Below, in pieces: positions 63,562 through 64,000 of a stretch of 64,000 nt of DNA (within the stretch, counting starts at the first letter, position 1; each line of letters opens with the position of its first letter). The notes under the pieces were generated by a model. The model was not told the DNA's origin and did no database searches. It worked only from the letters and a program-made list of their open reading frames with translations. The DNA comes from Vicugna vicugna (taxonomy: Eukaryota): assembly GCA_013265495.1 (NCBI GenBank), contig MU057711.1, positions 2,058,844 to 2,122,843 on the forward strand, in the 5' to 3' direction. The position numbers were made by a program, and so were the translations under genes.

Positions 63562-64000
63562 TATACTGTATGATTTCATTTAAATAATTTACATAAAATT
63601 ATATACAATATATAAATTTATATAAAATTCTAGAAAACACAAACTAATCTATAGCAATAAAACTAATAGATCAGTTGTTGCCTGGAGAAGGGGGAATATA
63701 GGGAGGAATGAGGAAGCTTTGGAAGGTAATACCTACATTCATGAATTTTACTGTTATGCTAGTCTGACATCCATATGTCAAAACTTAAATTGTACATTTT
63801 AAATATGTGTAATACATTGTTATACATAAGTATTATGTATCAGTAATTACACATTGATAAAGCAGGAGAAAGTCCAAGCCTTTTTACTGCTTCATTTTTT
63901 TCCTTCTTTAATATCAATAGGTTTCAATGTGTTTCAGGTTTCAGTGCTGGTCAGAAATCACATAGATTCTGGTGTCTTTACAGAGAGAACCTTACACACC

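Larger units (their letters stand above)
62180..63860 (+). mobile_element. old L1M 3' fragments interrupted by LTR and Tigger-derived insertions
   Basis: gctgctggtgggaatgtaa...ttcacagcagctttatttgtaatagccaaaaac...aatggaatactactcagcaataaa. Confidence 0.7.

Noticed and set aside
1..64000. CRISPR arrays, rRNA or prokaryotic systems
   Set aside because: Sequence is clearly mammalian; no repeat-spacer array or operon structure seen

Overview
Mammalian genomic DNA, most likely a camelid: ten tRNA-Ala(AGC)-derived SINEs of the Vic-1 type plus cetartiodactyl-style L1 3' ends. Most of the window is repeat-rich non-coding sequence (L1, L2, MIR, MaLR/ERVL LTRs, hAT-Charlie and Tigger relics), and most ORF-track entries are spurious. 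The main discovery is a spliced minus-strand gene at about 43-61 kb encoding a diverged, intron-containing paralogue of nuclear receptor coactivator 5 (NCOA5-like). Six exons (59486-59429, 57033-56907, 53529-53330, 50451-50176, 49045-48854, 44948-44802) join through GT-AG sites with matching phases into 333 open codons. The product has the NCOA5 anticodon-binding-like central domain, a conserved LxxLL box and a duplicated Pro-rich C-terminal exon pair. The 5' end shows a possible 1-nt frame lesion and the last exon is ambiguous. The gene-free left part carries a near-perfect CTCF site, two CpG-retaining NRF1-like patches and several enhancer-like AT-rich blocks. Repeat family names and NCOA5 comparisons come from remembered consensus sequences, not from searches.
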